Assembly: GCA_045106775.1 (NCBI GenBank)
Contig: JBGCFE010000041.1
Coordinates: forward strand, 9,948-73,947
Direction of reading: 5' to 3'
Origin: Halioglobus sp.
Lineage (GTDB): Bacteria; Pseudomonadota; Gammaproteobacteria; Pseudomonadales; Halieaceae
DNA length: 64,000 nucleotides
Shown here: piece after piece, positions 60,208-64,000 of the stretch
Numbering within the stretch: the stretch's first letter is position 1
How the letters are laid out: every line of letters starts with the position of its first letter
Notes under the pieces: generated by a model
What the model saw: only the letters and a program-made list of their open reading frames with translations
The model's database searches: none
Told to the model about the DNA's origin: nothing
Position numbers and translations under genes: made by a program

Positions 60208-62991
60208 ATGGCTTCTACTGCTAACGTTTCGGATAAGACTGCAGGGCAGGGTTCGAAGAATGCCCCCATCGTTCTCGTCGATGGTTCCTCCTATGTTTAT
60301 CGTGCCTATCACGCGCTGCCCATGCTCACGACCTCCAGCGGTCAAAATACCGGTGCTGTTCGCGGTGTAATCAGTATGTTGCGCCGTTTGGTGGTGGATT
60401 ATCCAAACAGCCCCATTGCGGTGGTATTCGACGCCAAAGGCAAAACCTTTCGCGACGAGATCTACGATCAGTACAAAGCGCAGCGTCCGCCCATGCCGGA
60501 TGAGCTGCGCGAACAGATCGACCCCATACATGCGATTGTTAAAGCAATGGGGTTGCCTTTTCTCTGTGTGCCCGGCGTTGAAGCTGATGATGTGATTGGG
60601 ACACTCGCGCAACAGGCCAGCGAGCAGGGTAGGGACGTGATTGTTTCAACCGGCGATAAGGATATGGCACAGCTGGTCAACAAGCATGTGACCTTAGTGA
60701 ACACGATGACGGAAACAGTCTTGGATGAGCCGGCTGTAGAAGAAAAATTTGGTGTGCCGCCCAAGCTGATTATAGATTTGTTGGCGTTGATGGGTGACAA
60801 GGTAGATAACATTCCGGGCGTAGCCGGCGTAGGAGAAAAAACAGCATTGGGCCTGTTGCAGGGCATTGGTGGTCTGGACGACATTTATAAAAACCTCGAA
60901 AAAGTGGCAGAGCTTTCTTTTCGCGGTGCAAAAAAAATGGCACCAAAATTGGAGGCGGAAAAAGACAACGCCTACCTTTCTTACGAACTCGCCACCATCA
61001 AGCTCGACGTACCGCTAGAGGTAACGCCAGGATCATTAGAAAATGCTGAGCCGGATACGCAGGCGTTGGTCGATTGGTACACACGATTAGAATTTCGCGC
61101 ATGGCTCGATGATGCACTAGGGCAGGGCGGTTCAGCGGCAACACCAGCTTCGGGGGCCTCACCGGAAAAGCCGCCGGAAGTGGCGGTGAACTACGCCATA
61201 GTCACTGATCAGGCAGAATTCGAAGCTTGGGTAGCTCGGCTGGAATCTGCAGACTTATTTGCTTTCGATACAGAAACTACCAGCCTCAATTACATGGAGG
61301 CGCAAGTGGTGGGTGTGTCTTTCGCTGTTGCACCCGGCGAGGCAGCCTATGTTCCGTTTGGGCACGACTATCTTGGTGCGCCGGAGCAACTAAATCGCGA
61401 TGACGTGCTCGCCAGGTTAAAGCCTTTGCTAGAAGACGAAAACGCAGCGAAGGTAGGACAAAATCTGAAATACGATGCGAATGTGCTCGCCAACCACGAC
61501 ATTACTTTGCGAGGCATTCGTTTCGACACAATGCTGGAGTCGTACGTACTGGATTCAACTGCCACGCGACATGACATGGATAGTCTGGCTTTGAAATACC
61601 TGGGCCGCAAAACAGTTCACTTCGAAGACATCGCTGGCAAAGGCGCCAAACAGTTAACGTTTAACCAGATAAAACTGGAAGAGGCGGGGCCCTATGCCGC
61701 AGAAGATGCCGACATTACATTGAGCTTACATGAGGCGTTGTGGCCGAAGCTGCAAAAGCAGGGTGATTTACCTGCGGTTTTTAGCGAAATAGAGTTGCCA
61801 TTGGTTCCTGTGCTTTCGAAAGTGGAGCGCACTGGCGCTTTGCTTTCCCAGTCGATGTTGCATGCGCAGAGCGCTCAACTGGGTAAGCGGCTTGACGAGT
61901 TGGAAGGGGAGGCCTTTGAGTTAGCAGGCGAAGAGTTTAATCTGGGTTCGCCAAAACAAATTGGCAAAATTCTGTTTGAAAAACTTGAACTGCCTATTAT
62001 CAAAAAAACGCCCAAGGGTGCACCGTCGACGGCAGAAGACGTTCTGGTGGAGCTGGCTTTAGACTATCCGCTACCAAAGTTGTTGCTCGAACATCGCACG
62101 CTTAACAAGCTCAAATCGACTTATACCGATAAGTTGCCAGAAATGGTGAACCCGAAAACGGGGAGGGTGCATACCTCATATCATCAGGCGGTTGCTGCAA
62201 CCGGCCGCTTGTCATCGTCTGATCCTAACCTTCAAAACATTCCGATTCGAACGGAAGAGGGCAGGCGAGTACGCCAGGCGTTTATAGCGCCAGACGGCTA
62301 TCGCATCATGGCGGCGGACTATTCGCAGATAGAGCTGCGCATAATGGCGCACCTATCGCAAGACGATGGTTTGTTGCGTGCTTTCAAAGAAAACCAGGAT
62401 GTACACAAAGCCACCGCGGCAGAAGTGTTTGAGGTGAGTTTAGATCAAGTGTCCGGTGAACAGCGTCGCAAGGCTAAAGCGATTAACTTCGGCTTGATCT
62501 ATGGCATGTCTGCCTTTGGTCTTGCAAAGCAGTTGAACCTAGGCCGCAACGAAGCGCAGCAATATATCGATCGATACTTTGAGCGCTACCCGGGCGTTGC
62601 CGATTATATGGATTCGACCCGGGCGTTGGCGAAAGAGCAGGGCTATGTAGAAACACTGTTTGGCCGTCGCCTTTACCTTCCGGAAATAAATGCGAGCAAT
62701 AAAATGCGAGTGCAGGCAGCAGAGCGCACCGCGATTAACGCACCGATGCAGGGCACAGCTGCAGATATTATTAAAAAAGCCATGCTGGCGGTAAGCGACT
62801 GGTTGAACACCGGCGCAGCAGACGCCCGTATGATTATGCAAGTACACGACGAACTCGTGTTTGAAGTGGCAACAGGCCAGGCACAGCAGATAGCGGATGA
62901 CGTTTGTCAATTAATGTCAGGCGCGGCGCAGTTATCCGTGCCTCTGTTGGTCGAAGCCGGTATTGGTGATAACTGGGATGAGGCGCACTAG
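60208..62991 (+). CDS. polA: DNA polymerase I
   Basis: VLVDGSSYVYRAYH (5'-3' exo); FDTET (3'-5' exo); DYSQIELR; KAINFGLIYG; QVHDEL. Start set at ATG 60208. Confidence 0.98.
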   Translation: MASTANVSDKTAGQGSKNAPIVLVDGSSYVYRAYHALPMLTTSSGQNTGAVRGVISMLRRLVVDYPNSPIAVVFDAKGKTFRDEIYDQYKAQRPPMPDELREQIDPIHAIVKAMGLPFLCVPGVEADDVIGTLAQQASEQGRDVIVSTGDKDMAQLVNKHVTLVNTMTETVLDEPAVEEKFGVPPKLIIDLLALMGDKVDNIPGVAGVGEKTALGLLQGIGGLDDIYKNLEKVAELSFRGAKKMAPKLEAEKDNAYLSYELATIKLDVPLEVTPGSLENAEPDTQALVDWYTRLEFRAWLDDALGQGGSAATPASGASPEKPPEVAVNYAIVTDQAEFEAWVARLESADLFAFDTETTSLNYMEAQVVGVSFAVAPGEAAYVPFGHDYLGAPEQLNRDDVLARLKPLLEDENAAKVGQNLKYDANVLANHDITLRGIRFDTMLESYVLDSTATRHDMDSLALKYLGRKTVHFEDIAGKGAKQLTFNQIKLEEAGPYAAEDADITLSLHEALWPKLQKQGDLPAVFSEIELPLVPVLSKVERTGALLSQSMLHAQSAQLGKRLDELEGEAFELAGEEFNLGSPKQIGKILFEKLELPIIKKTPKGAPSTAEDVLVELALDYPLPKLLLEHRTLNKLKSTYTDKLPEMVNPKTGRVHTSYHQAVAATGRLSSSDPNLQNIPIRTEEGRRVRQAFIAPDGYRIMAADYSQIELRIMAHLSQDDGLLRAFKENQDVHKATAAEVFEVSLDQVSGEQRRKAKAINFGLIYGMSAFGLAKQLNLGRNEAQQYIDRYFERYPGVADYMDSTRALAKEQGYVETLFGRRLYLPEINASNKMRVQAAERTAINAPMQGTAADIIKKAMLAVSDWLNTGAADARMIMQVHDELVFEVATGQAQQIADDVCQLMSGAAQLSVPLLVEAGIGDNWDEAH

Positions 62992-63033
62992 GGCGGTTAC
63001 AGAATTTTTTCGAAAAAACTTTTCTATCTGGCA

Positions 63034-63060
63034 GAACTTTTGGCAGGTAGCCCAGTCTTA
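63034..63060 (+). promoter_or_regulatory. sigmaE/AlgU-type promoter
   Basis: GAACTT-16 nt-TCTTA; the established consensus is GAACTT-N16/17-TCTNA. Confidence 0.75.
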
Positions 63061-63066
63061 TATTGC

Positions 63067-63189
63067 GTAGTGAGAGCTACATCCCTAGGTGGCTTATCTT
63101 CATGGGCCACTGCGAGTACGTCTCTATCTCCAGGAGACATTTTTGAATGCCCCGGCCGTTTTCCCTAGAAACTGCCGGGGTCTTTTTTT
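63067..63189 (+). ncRNA. Candidate sRNA at the Spot 42 / ErsA position downstream of polA
   Basis: Promoter immediately upstream, three short hairpins, strong terminator with U tract; no credible ORF. Confidence 0.65.
63150..63189 (+). terminator. Intrinsic terminator
   Basis: CCCCGGC...GCCGGGG stem followed by TCTTTTTTT. Confidence 0.85.
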
Positions 63190-63219
63190 CTCTGCTTTAT
63201 ATTTCTCCGCGCCGTTCCA

Positions 63220-63292
63220 GGTTTGGTTCGTTAGGCGGTTACCAGTCGCTCCACGGGATTCGCTTGGTGGTAACCGCCTAACGAACCAAACC
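63220..63292. repeat. Hairpin 1: perfect 25-bp inverted repeat with 23-nt loop
   Basis: GGTTTGGTTCGTTAGGCGGTTACCA (63220-63244) / TGGTAACCGCCTAACGAACCAAACC (63268-63292). Confidence 0.95.
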
Positions 63293-63342
63293 CTGATATC
63301 GAAGTACGTGCAAATCTGATGTAAAACACAAACCGAAGAAAG

Positions 63343-63358
63343 ACTGCCCGTAGGCAGT
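63343..63358. repeat. Small hairpin between the two long hairpins
   Basis: ACTGCC-CGTA-GGCAGT; on the minus strand the loop is c(UACG)g, a UNCG tetraloop. Confidence 0.7.
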
Positions 63359-63374
63359 GCTCCGCAGCGAGGCG

Positions 63375-63441
63375 CCGGCGCGTGAGACGGTGATCACCAA
63401 GCGAATCCCGTGGAGCGACTGATCACCGTCTCACGTGTCGG
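63375..63441. repeat. Hairpin 2: perfect 16-bp inverted repeat (22 bp with G.U on + strand) with 23-nt loop complementary to the hairpin 1 loop
   Basis: CGTGAGACGGTGATCA (63381-63396) / TGATCACCGTCTCACG (63420-63435); loop CCAAGCGAATCCCGTGGAGCGAC. Confidence 0.95.
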
Positions 63442-63501
63442 AGCCTAGAGTTCACTACCACCTCTGGGCCCTATTCACGCGTAAGTAATGAAAGCTTATG
63501 C

Positions 63502-64000
63502 CTAGCTAGAATCGTCGTCAGCATAAACACTATCATCCGTCAGCCACCGATCCAGCACCGAAATAAGCGCCGGGTGCCCATCATGCTTAAGCGCAGAAAA
63601 TAACTGCGCCGTGGCCATGCCCTCAAACTGCTCTAGCGCCTTTTCAACCTTCAGTAGCGTGCTCTTAGCCGGCCCACGCTTCAGCTTGTCTGCTTTTGTG
63701 AGCAAAATATGCACCGGCATTGAAGCGGCCATCGCCCAGCCCAGCATTTGGGTATCGAAGGGCTGCAGTGGGTGGCGGACGTCCATCAGCAGAACCAGGC
63801 CCCGCAGGCTCTCGCGCCGCTGCAGATAGTTCTCGAGTTGTTTGGTCCACTCTTCTTTGACCGCCATGGGTACTTTAGCAAATCCGTAGCCGGGTAAATC
63901 AACCAACCGCTGGTTTTGGGAGAGTTCGAAGAAGTTGATCAGCTGCGTGCGGCCTGGTGTTTTCGAGGTCTTAGCGAGCTTCTTATTGTTGGTTAAGCTA
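63502..64000 (-). CDS. engB: Ribosome biogenesis GTP-binding protein YihA/EngB, 3' part (starts beyond window end)
   Basis: Frame stays open to the window edge: [17 protein letters not shown]...VDLPGYG...LTKADKL. Confidence 0.95.
   Translation of the reverse strand, partial: SLTNNKKLAKTSKTPGRTQLINFFELSQNQRLVDLPGYGFAKVPMAVKEEWTKQLENYLQRRESLRGLVLLMDVRHPLQPFDTQMLGWAMAASMPVHILLTKADKLKRGPAKSTLLKVEKALEQFEGMATAQLFSALKHDGHPALISVLDRWLTDDSVYADDDSS

Noticed and set aside
63230-63282. GTTAGGC and GCCTAAC in hairpin 1 match the integron attC core and inverse core sites
   Set aside because: The order is reversed (attC runs RYYYAAC...GTTRRRY), the stem has no extrahelical bases, and there is no integrase or cassette ORF.
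63220-63445. Possible mini CRISPR array or retron msr-msd
   Set aside because: Only two units, in inverted orientation and sharing the loop rather than flanking unique spacers; no cas or reverse transcriptase gene in the window.

Overview
Replication-origin region of a Gammaproteobacterium. Gene order and protein style suggest a marine Cellvibrionales/OM60-NOR5 (Halieaceae)-like organism; this is inference, not tested. Core order: glmS(partial)-glmU-atpCDGAHFEBI-parB-parA-rsmG-mnmG, an ~8.6 kb accessory block (two alpha/beta hydrolases, membrane pyrophosphatase, SnoaL-like protein, luciferase-like monooxygenase, DUF3754-like protein, acyl-CoA ligase), an oriC-like spacer, mnmE-yidC-yidD-rnpA-rpmH, dnaA-dnaN-recF-gyrB, rmuC, glyS-glyQ, djlA, trkH-trkA-rsmB-fmt-def, LysM-dprA-tsaC-hemF-aroE, a cytochrome c oxidase cluster, polA and engB(partial). 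No rRNA, tRNA, CRISPR array, transposase or integrase was seen. The most unusual region is the 510-bp polA-engB spacer. It holds a sigmaE-type promoter, a terminated ~123-nt sRNA candidate, and two long perfect hairpins whose 23-nt loops are exact reverse complements while their stems differ only by compensatory base-pair swaps. Also notable: two separate DnaA-box clusters, two perfect parS palindromes inside recF, a cox cluster without heme A synthase, and an N-terminally short DprA. Products were assigned by recognising motifs by eye; no searches or computations were run, and start codons are best estimates.
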